In this document: positions 29,095-39,100 of the stretch, one piece after another | Layout of the letters: every line of letters starts with the position of its first letter | How positions within the stretch are numbered: position 1 is the first letter of the stretch | Source of the DNA: a virus | IMG/VR virus record: IMGVR_UViG_3300017971_000007 | Direction: 5' to 3' (one strand) | DNA: 64,000 nucleotides | Position numbers and translations under genes: made by a program | Notes under the pieces: generated by a model | What the model was told of the DNA's origin: nothing | Database searches by the model: none | Seen by the model: only the letters and a program-made list of their open reading frames with translations

Positions 29095-29466
29095 CTAGAA
29101 TCTAAATCTGCAGAAGAATCTATACATCTCGTACGCCATCCCTCTGCAGGCTCCTGTTAGCGAATCTTTACAAAATCTTTCAAAAGCTGATTCTCCTTCT
29201 CTTATTACTCCTGTTGGAGTTTCACCGACAGGCTCGACATATCTACTCTCCTTTACCGGAATCCCAAGTGGGCTCCCAAGCGAACTTCCAATTGATCTTC
29301 CAATTGAACTCCTCATCGGTCTTTGATTTTCGATTTCATCACTGCACTGGTCCGCATATTCGCAGTCCAGACATTCCCCACTTTCAGAGTTGTGCTGTGA
29401 CTGTCGACCGAAGCATGATGGAACTCGCGATTCCCGCTGCTTCCACCTATCTCCGTATCTTCCCAT
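29095..29466 (-). CDS. Cys-rich hypothetical protein, first gene of the replication operon
   Basis: PSCFG...ECLDCEYADQC; RBS AAGGAG. Confidence 0.7.
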   Translation of the reverse strand: MGRYGDRWKQRESRVPSCFGRQSQHNSESGECLDCEYADQCSDEIENQRPMRSSIGRSIGSSLGSPLGIPVKESRYVEPVGETPTGVIREGESAFERFCKDSLTGACRGMAYEMYRFFCRFRF

Positions 29467-29502
29467 TTACTCTCCTTTCATATTAGGTTGATATTCATGT
29501 TA

Positions 29503-29530
29503 CTTATACCGAAGGACCGATATCTTTTGC
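29503..29530 (-). promoter_or_regulatory. Putative phage-specific promoter for the replication operon (AAAA-N16-TATAAG)
   Basis: Minus strand reads GCAAAA gatatcggtccttcgg TATAAG; the same motif occurs at 36030 and 53832. Confidence 0.6.
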
Positions 29531-29534
29531 TTTG

Positions 29535-29564
29535 TTGACCGTATACTTAGGCGTAGCTTAAGAT
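29535..29564 (+). promoter_or_regulatory. Sigma70-like promoter, TTGACC-N18-TAAGAT
   Basis: Upstream of 29592 and back-to-back with the minus-strand promoter. Confidence 0.5.
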
Positions 29565-29591
29565 AAACTAAGATGATTTCGGAGCGAAGAA

Positions 29592-31064
29592 ATGAATTTG
29601 GATTTTTATGATGACGAAAACGGGACTATTCTGAAGTCTAAAATAGCATCTTTGGAAAAGATTCCCGAGTTCATAAAATCAGCAGAAAAATTGGATAAGG
29701 AATCCCTGAATAAATTGCCGGATGATGTATTCGCCTTAGTGGCTAGAAACGGCAATACGACATTCAGAAAATATGCCTGTGTGGATAGAGGAAATACGGC
29801 CCTATCAGTTCTCTATTTCATGGAGAATAGGGACAGATTACCTCTTGAAGCGCAGAAAACTGCGGCCGCGAATCTACTAACTGCGTGCAGTTGGTATGAT
29901 ATACAGCCTCCCTTAGAGCTCCAAAAATTGGCGTTCGTAGGGAAAATGATTGGAGCGGCGACTCTTCTTGGAGGAATTCCAGAAGCAAGTAAGAAGTTCA
30001 AGATGCAGAAGCAGATGCTTAATGCTGGTGTTCCTGGAAGAGAGGTAATGAAAGCCAGTGAAGTTAGTGGTACCGATGCCATGCCTTACAGCAGAGAAGT
30101 ATCAAAGAAAGCTGGAGCCAGGTGGAAGGCTTTTAAAGAAGGATTCGATATCGCAAGAGAGGCTAGAGGAGCTATCAAGGGTTTAGGAAAGACAACAAAA
30201 GAATTCGGACAGGAATCTTTGAAGGGAGAACCGCTGGCAGCCTTAGGACATAGAATCGGATATCTGGCCCCGAAAGCAGCAAAAGCTGTTGCAGGTACGG
30301 CTGCACTCGGAACCGCTTACAAAGTCGGTAAGAAGAAGGGTGAGTCCTCAAAAACAGCCAGCATGAATCCGCATATCGACATAACTGGATTAGAACCAGC
30401 TCCAAAATTTGTCAAAGAAAGCGGTTCAATTTACTGCCTCACCAGAAACGGGAAACCTTCGTATCCGATTAATACGAAGGAGCAGGTGAAGAAAGCCAAT
30501 GCCTACTTTATGGAATATAAGGACGACTTCACTCCATTCGAGAGACACCAGTATTGCGTAAAACTAGCTTCTAGAGCTAAGTCTCTGGATGTCCCCGTGG
30601 ATAAGTTGGTTGAAAAATACGGTTCCAAATCCTACGCAACTGATGCTGGAATCGCTATCTACTCCAGACAGAGATTATTTCGAGAAGGAACGTCAGAACG
30701 TTCTCTACTGGAAGAGATGAGAGATAAATACGCTTCGGTAAATCCAGAGGTAATGGCCACTGCTCTAGAAAAATTTGACAGAGAGAATAATTTAGATTTG
30801 ATGTGGGGTAGAGATATCGAAGATCCGTATCTCAGTTTGTTCGGAATGACGAAGGAAGCAGAGTACAGTTTCGTGGACAGAAACAGGATTGTGTCAGCTA
30901 GCAGGCTACAGAGATGTGCAAAAGAACAGAGAGATGGTTTAATTGATTTGTTCGGGGAAGATTTCGCAAATGAGTTTGCGGAAGACCCTGTTGGAATTTT
31001 TGAGTCAATGCCTTTAGATAAGAAGCGGATAATCATGAATTTGGCCGCTTCTGTCGAACAGTAG
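29592..31064 (+). CDS. Probable internal head protein with two DUF6582-like units and many K-x-A motifs
   Basis: LNKLPDDVFAL...RKYAC.DRGNTALSVLYF and SYPINTKEQVKKANAYF; motifs KSA, KTA, KLA, KKA, KTA, KEA. Confidence 0.5.
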   Translation: MNLDFYDDENGTILKSKIASLEKIPEFIKSAEKLDKESLNKLPDDVFALVARNGNTTFRKYACVDRGNTALSVLYFMENRDRLPLEAQKTAAANLLTACSWYDIQPPLELQKLAFVGKMIGAATLLGGIPEASKKFKMQKQMLNAGVPGREVMKASEVSGTDAMPYSREVSKKAGARWKAFKEGFDIAREARGAIKGLGKTTKEFGQESLKGEPLAALGHRIGYLAPKAAKAVAGTAALGTAYKVGKKKGESSKTASMNPHIDITGLEPAPKFVKESGSIYCLTRNGKPSYPINTKEQVKKANAYFMEYKDDFTPFERHQYCVKLASRAKSLDVPVDKLVEKYGSKSYATDAGIAIYSRQRLFREGTSERSLLEEMRDKYASVNPEVMATALEKFDRENNLDLMWGRDIEDPYLSLFGMTKEAEYSFVDRNRIVSASRLQRCAKEQRDGLIDLFGEDFANEFAEDPVGIFESMPLDKKRIIMNLAASVEQ

Positions 31065-31072
31065 GAGAAACA

Positions 31073-31822
31073 ATGGCAAAAGAGAGTAAAGCGTTTGGTT
31101 CGCAGAGGGCCAAGAAGGCACACCTCCTTCGAGGAAGTGGCGGGCTTCAAGCGGAAATATCGGACCTGAGATCAGATGTCGAAGAAGGATTCCAGAACTT
31201 CGAAGAGAGGGCCGGATTTCCAGAGCTTGATTATCATGATCTGTCCGATGGGGCCGTGGCCGCAGCCGGCGGGGACATAACATTAGTCGGAAGAAATCTT
31301 CTCCAAGACCAGACTTTCGATAGTGTGAATGTCGTTGAAGGTGCGGCAGACCTCCTGATTGAAGCCTTGAAACCTGGAGATAGCGAGATTCGGGTAATTT
31401 TCGAAACCGGTGCAGGAGCGCTGGCGGTTGACCTTACCGACGGTCTTCTAACCATCACGCTCCCGGTTGCAGGGACGGACACTGTAGCAAATATCGCGAC
31501 CGCGATTAATGCCGATGCCGCAAACTGTAACGGTATTCTTCGTGCCAACGAAGACGGAGCAGGTTCCTTGACCCAAGCCGGTGTTGGGGCGGCCGAAATC
31601 CCCCTTACCGGCGGTGTGGGTTCGTATGCGGATAACAAGGTTATGGTGGGAGGAAAAGAGGCGCTTCCGCAGAATGAGACCGGCGCAACCAGTACCGCAA
31701 AGTGGACCGATACATCAGTAAAGGTGACCACTCAGGCGGTAGGGGCAGCTGGGGATCATGCTCAAATCACCATCGCCTCAGATGGAACTCGGACCGATGC
31801 TTTAACAGCAGTGCTGACGTAA
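31073..31822 (+). CDS. Virion structural protein: short coiled coil plus an IPT/TIG-like domain with an inserted domain
   Basis: GGDITLVGRNL ... VMVGGKEA...KWTDTSVKVTT; A/G/T-rich; strong RBS. Confidence 0.5.
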   Translation: MAKESKAFGSQRAKKAHLLRGSGGLQAEISDLRSDVEEGFQNFEERAGFPELDYHDLSDGAVAAAGGDITLVGRNLLQDQTFDSVNVVEGAADLLIEALKPGDSEIRVIFETGAGALAVDLTDGLLTITLPVAGTDTVANIATAINADAANCNGILRANEDGAGSLTQAGVGAAEIPLTGGVGSYADNKVMVGGKEALPQNETGATSTAKWTDTSVKVTTQAVGAAGDHAQITIASDGTRTDALTAVLT

Positions 31823-31829
31823 ATTTTTC

Positions 31830-32636
31830 ATGGCTACTGATTATAAATCAGCTCTTCGGGACCTTCTTGAAAGTAGTGGAGGAGAATATGGGATAGCAGA
31901 TTCGAGTGACGAAACTGCTGACCATATCGAGACTACTGAAGAAGGCCCGAAGAGCAAGCCTGAAATAGAGGCTAAAAAAACCAAACCATTCTCCAAAAAG
32001 AACATGTTCGTTCATCACGATACCCATCCTATCCTCTTGGACATGATTCTCTTGGAAAAATATGAATTATCTTGGTTTGACTGGGAGCCAGAGACCGTAT
32101 GGAGGTCTATCATGAAAGACTTCCAGACTTCTTCTATAAGCGATCATGTAAAGAGCAAAATTCAGGCTGTAAGGACTACACATATTACTGATTTGTCTTT
32201 CACGAGATGGGAAACATTCTCTGTCATAACTCAGGCTCTGAACAATAATATTCCTGATTTCGAGGTCATGCGCAGACCGACAATATCACAACTATTCACC
32301 GCCGTGGATATGATGGAGTCCATCAGAAACGATGTTCCATTTTCCGAAGAAGTAGGTCTTTGGTGTGCCGCTGCTATGATAGACGCGGGAGTCATTTGTG
32401 CTCCACAACCACTAGCTTTCTGCCAGGAGTATATCCTGGAAATTCAGAAAAATAGGGGGAATCCAGTCAATCCAGATCCAGTCAAAGAAAAGTATCGCTA
32501 CTATCTGTCTACTCCCAAGGAAGAAGTGAGATTGGAAGAAACTGATGTGGATATTCAGACAGCAAAACTTATTATAGCTAGAGATTATATGACTCTTAGG
32601 AGACAGCAGCTTAGCGAACAATTAAAAATCCTATAG
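31830..32636 (+). CDS. Hypothetical protein (head module)
   Basis: 268-aa ORF within the operon. Confidence 0.7.
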   Translation: MATDYKSALRDLLESSGGEYGIADSSDETADHIETTEEGPKSKPEIEAKKTKPFSKKNMFVHHDTHPILLDMILLEKYELSWFDWEPETVWRSIMKDFQTSSISDHVKSKIQAVRTTHITDLSFTRWETFSVITQALNNNIPDFEVMRRPTISQLFTAVDMMESIRNDVPFSEEVGLWCAAAMIDAGVICAPQPLAFCQEYILEIQKNRGNPVNPDPVKEKYRYYLSTPKEEVRLEETDVDIQTAKLIIARDYMTLRRQQLSEQLKIL

Positions 32637-32644
32637 GAGCTTTC

Positions 32645-33436
32645 ATGGATGCGCTTGTTTATATTTCCTGCTCTGAGGAATTAGAGAAAACGGCTGGTCC
32701 TATTCTAAATAGGATATGGAAATCTGGATTAGGTAGGGCAGGAGTCGGAGCTCTTGGAGGAGCAGCTGCGGGGGCGCTAGCATCCCCAGAAGATAGATTA
32801 AAGGGGGCTGTTAGAGGTGGAGCTCTGGGAGCAGGACTCGGGTATGCATCTCCGCTCCTAACGGCCGCAGGCAGGAAGGGATTTGGAGAAAGAGTGAAAG
32901 ATATATATCAGGCCCAAGTTCACGGTCTAACAGGTCGTGGAAGCATGCCGAAACGTGGATTAAAAGGCAAAGACTTGGAAAGGCTTGAGAGACTGGAAAA
33001 TGCTGGTCTCACTAATATCCCTGGGGTTATGAAAGCCATTCGAAAGAATCCGAAACAGACGATTAAAGCTCTATATGATGATATGGGGACTTTGGGGAAG
33101 GGTATGATGGCTCTGGATTTGGCATCGCAGGCGCACAACGTAGCAACAAATCCAGAGGCTAGGACAGGAGAGAGTGTTGGCGGGGCACTAGGAAGTACGG
33201 TTGGGTATGCGTTGGGAGGAGCTCTTCCGTTCTCATCCAGCTCATTGCTAGGTGCAGCAGGAGGGACTGCCGGAAAGTTGGTAGGGAGGGGGATAGGAAA
33301 ATTAGTCGGCAGCAAAGAGAGCAAAGATTTATCCCTTAAACCGATCCAGAAATTTGAATCAGTTAGGCGGCTCGGGGAAAATGCATTACCGGTTAGTCGA
33401 GTATCGGCTCCATATCTAAGAATGAGCGGAGAATGA
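32645..33436 (+). CDS. Glycine-zipper protein with an N-terminal EELEKTA tag; possible ejected internal protein
   Basis: GVGALGGAAAGALA...GGALGAGLG and GGALGSTVGYALGG...GAAGGTAG. Confidence 0.55.
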   Translation: MDALVYISCSEELEKTAGPILNRIWKSGLGRAGVGALGGAAAGALASPEDRLKGAVRGGALGAGLGYASPLLTAAGRKGFGERVKDIYQAQVHGLTGRGSMPKRGLKGKDLERLERLENAGLTNIPGVMKAIRKNPKQTIKALYDDMGTLGKGMMALDLASQAHNVATNPEARTGESVGGALGSTVGYALGGALPFSSSSLLGAAGGTAGKLVGRGIGKLVGSKESKDLSLKPIQKFESVRRLGENALPVSRVSAPYLRMSGE

Positions 33437-33437
33437 G

Positions 33438-35330
33438 ATGTCATTATTGGGTGAATCGTACAGCAGGTCTCCGGTAAGAGGGCGAGTTACTGGTTCAGTA
33501 AGAGGGGTCGCTTACCCAAGTCCGTTCTTTGATATAGGCCAAACCTATATGCCGTCGTCCATCAAAGAGATGTTTAGATGGTGCAGGCATTATTTTCTTA
33601 CGCATCCAATTATAAATACAATCGCTTTCAAATTAAGCCAATATATAATAACTGATATAGTGTATATGACGGAAAATCTGAAACTCAAGGGGATGTGGTC
33701 CGAGTTTTTAGAAGAAAAGCTCAGATACAGAATATTCCAACTTGAGTCGGGTTTAGACTACAACGTATACGGAAATTGTATTGTCAGTATATTTTTTCCG
33801 TTCATTAAAATGCTGAGATGTAAGAAATGTAACTTCACTTCCGAGGCAAAGAGTTCCAAATATTACTTCAAAAATTTTGAATTCATGTGGAAGTGTCCGT
33901 CATGCGGATTCCACGGCCCAGCTTCAGCTAGTGATTATCATATTAGGAAGGCCGACGGGATCAGACTCATTAGATGGAACCCAGAAAACATAGATATTAC
34001 GTACAATGAAATAAATGGCTCTACTACGTACTTCTATAGAATGCCGCTACAGACAAAAAACGACATTATTATGGGAAAGAAGAGCGTGGTGGAGGAAGTA
34101 CCACAGCTTTACATTGAGTCCTTAAAAAGAAAAAAGGCTATCGTCTTTTCAAACGACAATCTCTTTCACTTCAAACGAGGAACCCTGGCCGGGAAGGATA
34201 GAGGATGGGGTACTCCAGCTCCATTACCAGTTCTGAAAGATGTCTACTATCTCCAAATACTAAAAAAGAGTCAGGAGTCAATCGCCTTAGAGCATATAGT
34301 TCCTCTTCGCACGATATTCCCTCAGGCAAGTTCAGGGCTCGCGGACCCATTCAAAAACGTGAATCTTGTTGATTGGAGAGACCAGATTCATGACGAGGTG
34401 AATCGTTGGAGATTTGATAACAACTACATGCCGATTCTCAGCTTCCCCATAGGGACCCAAAGTATAGGAGGGGACGGGAGAGCTCTCCTTCTCGGACAAG
34501 AAATAAGAGTTTGGCTGGAACAAATAGCTATAGGAATGGGAGTGCCGACAGAGCTGATATTTGGCGGTCTATCTTATTCCGGCAGCAATGTATCTCTTAG
34601 GATGTTAGAGAATAGCTTTATCACCAACATCCTAGAGCACGTGAGCATGCTCAACTGGTGCATCAGAAGAATCGGGACGTATATGAATTGGGAAATAGTT
34701 CAAGCTCGATTCAAACCATTTAAAATGGCTGACGACCTACAAAGAAAAGCATATAACTTGCAGCTTAATCAACTCGGAAAGATATCATCTACTACCTTAA
34801 TTGAGGACGCTGATTTTGATGCAGCTAGGGAGAATGAGCTAATAGAAACAGAAACGAATGCAATGGCTGAAGCTCAAAAGAAATCCAGGCTGGCTCAAGC
34901 CAACATCGAAGGTGAAAGCCAGATGATAATGATGAGATGGCAGTCAAAAGCCCAGGTCGAACAACAACAAATGATGTCACAGCAGGCTCCTGCTCCTGGA
35001 GAGCCCGGCGCAGAAGCAGAAGGAGTAACTCAAGAAGGAGGACAGATACCACAAGAAATGCAATCACCGTTGAACGCCGGTCAACAGCAGGCTGGAGGGA
35101 GTGCGAACTTTGACTTACTCTCCGAGGCCCAAAACATCGCTTCCCAGTTAATTCAATTGGACGAGAATTCACAGACAGCCGCTCTTCAGAATATTTCTTC
35201 CCAAAGCCCTGAGTTTGGGCAGGTAGTAGAAAGTATGCTCGTTTCGATGAAACAAGAGACCTCGCCACAGGGTGCTCCGCTACCGGAACAGAAACCACCG
35301 CGGCGAGGTCCTGGATCCTCCTTAATCTAA
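33438..35330 (+). CDS. Portal protein with a Zn-ribbon insertion and Q-rich tail
   Basis: RWCRHYFLTHPII, DYNVYGNC, RWNPENI, FHFKR...RGWGTP, IAIGMGVPTELIFGG-SYS; size and position fit a portal. Confidence 0.75.
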   Translation: MSLLGESYSRSPVRGRVTGSVRGVAYPSPFFDIGQTYMPSSIKEMFRWCRHYFLTHPIINTIAFKLSQYIITDIVYMTENLKLKGMWSEFLEEKLRYRIFQLESGLDYNVYGNCIVSIFFPFIKMLRCKKCNFTSEAKSSKYYFKNFEFMWKCPSCGFHGPASASDYHIRKADGIRLIRWNPENIDITYNEINGSTTYFYRMPLQTKNDIIMGKKSVVEEVPQLYIESLKRKKAIVFSNDNLFHFKRGTLAGKDRGWGTPAPLPVLKDVYYLQILKKSQESIALEHIVPLRTIFPQASSGLADPFKNVNLVDWRDQIHDEVNRWRFDNNYMPILSFPIGTQSIGGDGRALLLGQEIRVWLEQIAIGMGVPTELIFGGLSYSGSNVSLRMLENSFITNILEHVSMLNWCIRRIGTYMNWEIVQARFKPFKMADDLQRKAYNLQLNQLGKISSTTLIEDADFDAARENELIETETNAMAEAQKKSRLAQANIEGESQMIMMRWQSKAQVEQQQMMSQQAPAPGEPGAEAEGVTQEGGQIPQEMQSPLNAGQQQAGGSANFDLLSEAQNIASQLIQLDENSQTAALQNISSQSPEFGQVVESMLVSMKQETSPQGAPLPEQKPPRRGPGSSLI

Positions 35331-35777
35331 GTCTATTCCTAGTCTTTCTTTGGATAATTCAGAATCGTCTTCTCCAATTCCATCGAAGACACAATCCCAA
35401 CATCCGTAAAATCGACTAGGAATACCTTCGCATGAGTGAACAATCCAGCTAGTTACATCCCGAACCAAGTCAAATTGCCCACTCTCAAACTCGAAATACC
35501 TTACTTCCTCCCTTAGTGGCGTCCCACAAAAGGAGCATTTTCCTGTCCTCCTACTATCTGCGTCGGATAGATCAAACAGATCTGAGCAACCAGAGCATAT
35601 GAATTTTTGGTCTTCATCGTCATCAAAAGAATCCGGCTCGAAGACGATTGCCATTCCTCCGCGAATTCTTTTTGGAGTACCGACCCTAAGTAAAAATGCT
35701 TCTAGGCCTACACCGATTTGTCTGCCACAACAGATGCAGTACGGAGAACTGTCTCCTGGTATGTCTGAGTTAATCAT
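35322..35777 (-). CDS. Protein with two tandem CxxC...CxxC Zn-finger units
   Basis: CICCG...CSGC and CSFCG...CWDC. Confidence 0.6.
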   Translation of the reverse strand: MINSDIPGDSSPYCICCGRQIGVGLEAFLLRVGTPKRIRGGMAIVFEPDSFDDDEDQKFICSGCSDLFDLSDADSRRTGKCSFCGTPLREEVRYFEFESGQFDLVRDVTSWIVHSCEGIPSRFYGCWDCVFDGIGEDDSELSKERLGIDLD

Positions 35778-35795
35778 TACTAAAAAAAGCCACTA

Positions 35796-35830
35796 TCTCC
35801 TTGCAGCACTCGGTTAATGCTGCAAGGAGA
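35796..35830. terminator. 13-bp hairpin, likely terminator or processing site on the - strand
   Basis: TCTCCTTGCAGCA-N9-TGCTGCAAGGAGA; a T7 tract lies ~7 nt downstream on the - strand. Confidence 0.55.
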
Positions 35831-35849
35831 CCGACGAAGAACGCTATTT

Positions 35850-35999
35850 TCACTCCCCTCCGTCCTCGTCCTCGTCCTCCTTTCTCTCATCCTCATCCTG
35901 CGGATCCAACTGGCTTTCCAGCCAGTCTTCCGCATCCCCCAGGCCTGACAACATGATTATCAGAAATGACAATGCTGTTCTCGTCTTTAGTTTCCTCAA
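35850..35999 (-). CDS. 49-aa protein with a hydrophobic N-half and very acidic C-half
   Basis: TTG start after AGGAG, downstream of the TATAAG promoter; ends DPQDEDERKEDEDEDGGE. Confidence 0.55.
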   Translation of the reverse strand: MRKLKTRTALSFLIIMLSGLGDAEDWLESQLDPQDEDERKEDEDEDGGE

Positions 36000-36029
36000 T
36001 TTTCTTCTCCTAGTTACTGTTTCATTACT

Positions 36030-36057
36030 CTTATACCGAAAACGATTCACTGTTTTG
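36030..36057 (-). promoter_or_regulatory. Putative phage-specific promoter (AAAA-N17-TATAAG)
   Basis: Minus strand reads CAAAA cagtgaatcgttttcgg TATAAG. Confidence 0.6.
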
Positions 36058-36084
36058 ACTGCACATAAGGCCGTTTGCTAATCT
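36055..36084 (+). promoter_or_regulatory. Sigma70-like promoter of the RNAP gene, TTGACT-N18-TAATCT with extended -10 TG
   Basis: 55 nt upstream of the RNAP ATG; overlaps the divergent promoter. Confidence 0.55.
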
Positions 36085-36139
36085 TAGATTGAGACGAGGA
36101 TCCCGGAGAAGGGCAACCGAGGGACCCAAAGGAGATACA

Positions 36140-39100
36140 ATGTCTAGACTAGCCCCAGAAGAAAACTTCGAAGCGTTAAAAGAAAAAGTATCAGAAACAT
36201 TAAAAGGGATATTCCCTATAGAAGGGAAGAATCAGTCACTAAGGCTGGATGATGTTCTAATCAATGACGATAAAGATATCGATGATTTCAGAACACAGAA
36301 GGAGGCAAGACTGAATGGAAGGACGTGGTCCGTTCCGGTCAGCGCCTCTTTTTCGTTGATAGACAATGAGACCGGAAAAGTAATAAATACTAGGCGGCAG
36401 AAAATAATGAACCTGCCAAAAATCACAAGCAGGCACAGTTACATAGTCGATGGGCAGGAGTATCAAGTCGATAATCAATGGCGGTTGAAATATGGAGTGT
36501 ATTCCAGAAAGAACGATAAGGGAGAAATAGAGTCGACGTTTCACACGAGAGGAGCTCCTGGATTTAAACTGAGATTTGATCCAGAATCCTCAAATTTTGT
36601 GATGAAGAAAGGAAATTCTGAATTTCCTGCATACCCAATTCTCAGGGAGATGGGAGTATCTGACAGCAACATAGAGCAAATTTGGGGAAAGGAGATATTG
36701 GAGACAAACAGATCTACTGACCCTAAAAAAGCTCTTATGAGTTTCCATAGAGCCATTACTGGTACTAAAGCCCAGAATGTGGAGGAGGCGAGAGAGTATA
36801 TCAAAGATTATATGGCAAAGACTGATATGGATGAGGATGTAAACAGGATAACTCTGGGAAGGAAGCAAAGTGTAGTTGACGGGAATCTGATGCTGGAGGC
36901 GAGCGGAAAGCTGCTGGGAATAAGTCGGGGGACTAAGAAACCGGATGTAAGAGATTCTCTCATCTTTAAATCTTTCCACTCTACAGAAGATTTCATTTCC
37001 GAGGCCCTGACCAATAGATCTAGAGATATACTGAAAAAAATAAGAAATAATTTAGACAGAAAGCAGCAGGTAAAAGAAATAATCGGCACTGACTTATTCA
37101 ACAAGCCCATAGCCCACGCATTCACAAAAACATCTCTATCGAATCACGTCGATCAGACGAATCCTTTGGAGATGTTATCTGGAGCAATGAAGACAACGAT
37201 AATGGGAGAGGGCGGAATAAAGGACGCTCATAAAATAACTGATGACGCGAAATTGGTCGATGAGTCTCATCTTGGATTCCTAGACCCAATCCATACTCCA
37301 GAATCTGATAGAAGCGGGATTACGTTGCACTTACCGGTTGGGGCGTACAAGAAAGGAAATACTGTCGTAAATAAGCTTTACAACCTAAAAACCGGGAAGA
37401 TGGAAGAGGTAGACCCAGAAAAAGCCTATAATTCGAAAATAGCTCTGCCAGACCAAGTTAAATGGGTGAAAGGGAAACCGGTTGCTCTGCATGACGAGGT
37501 AAAGATGAGCGGCCAGGAGAACGAGATTATAACTGGATCGTTAAAAGATGCAGATTATGCTGTAACGTCCCCAGTTCAGCTGTTCTCCATCGCCTCGAAC
37601 ATGGTCCCATTTCTTCAAAACAATAGCGGGAACAGAGCCACGTATGCCGGAAAGCAGATGGAGCAGGCCCTGTCCTTAAAGCATAGAGAAGAACCTCTAG
37701 TCCAGACAGCTATAGTCTCTGGAAGGCCTGAATCCAGCTTAAATGAGTTTGTCGGAAGGATTAATTCCCAGAGATCTCCTATAAACGGGGAAATTGTGGA
37801 AGTAAAGAACGACGCGATTATTGTGAAGGGAGAGGATGGAAAGAATAGAGAAGTTCAAATCTATGACAATTTCCCTCTAAATGACGACAAATCATTTATG
37901 CACTCAGACCCGATTGTGAAGGTCGGAGACAAAGTAAAGAAGGGTCAGACGTTAGCTGATACGAATTTCTCGAAAAACGGGAAACTGGCGATAGGTACAA
38001 ATTTAAAAGCCGCATATATCCCGTTCAAAGGTTACAACTTCGAGGACGGGATAGTGATAAGTGAGTCCGCGGCCAAGAAACTCACTAGTGAGCATATGAA
38101 GAGAAAGTCCTTGGATGTGACTAGCGAGCATATTCAAGACAAAAATAAATTTATAGCCTATGAGAGGGCAAATATAAATCAGGAACAGGCCGACAAGCTC
38201 AGTGACGACGGGATCATAAAAAAAGGAAGTCTTGTAATGCCTGGAGATACGCTAATAGCGGCTTTAAAGAAGAGGGAGGAAACAGACGAGGCTAGAATAA
38301 AAGCCAAGATGCACAAATCCCTGGTCAAGCCCTACGATAACGTATCTGTGAAATGGGAAAGTGATTATCCGGGAGTAGTTACCGGAATCGTAAAAAAAGG
38401 TGGAAAGACTGAGGTCCATGTTAGGACGGAAGAGCCTGCTGAAATCGGAGACAAACTTTGTGGGAGGTCTGGGAACAAGGGCATTATCACAAGAATAATT
38501 CCAGACCATGAGATGCCGAAGACTAAAGATGGGGAGCATGTCGAAATAGCTCTTAACCCGACTGGTGTAGCAGGAAGAATAAATCTGGGGCAGATTCTGG
38601 AAACGGCTGCCGGAAAAATTGCTCAGAAGACAGGAAAGCCTTACACGGTTCAGAATTTCGATGGGACAGAGGATATGACAGAGAGGGTTTCCAGAGAGCT
38701 AAAAGCTCATGGCATAGAGGATAAGGAGGAATTAGTTGACCCCAAAACCGGAAAAGTTATGGGAAAGGCCTTAGTAGGTCCGCATTATATTCACAAACTA
38801 AAACACCAGGTAGAGAAAAAATTAGTAGCTAGAGCAGGAGGCCCTGGATATCTGTATGACATGAACAAGATTCCGAAGAGTGGTTCAAGACCCGGACTCG
38901 GAGCTCAGGCTATGGATGCCTTAGGCATGTACGCGATGTTAGCGCACGGAGCAAACGCTAATGTTAGGGAGATGGCCACTTATAAAAGTGATGCAGAGAA
39001 TAATGATAGGCTTTGGTCTTCGATTCAAGCTGGGGATGTTCTCCCTCCTCCAAGACCATCATTTGCGTACAACAAGTTCATTGATTTGCTGAAAGTAGCT

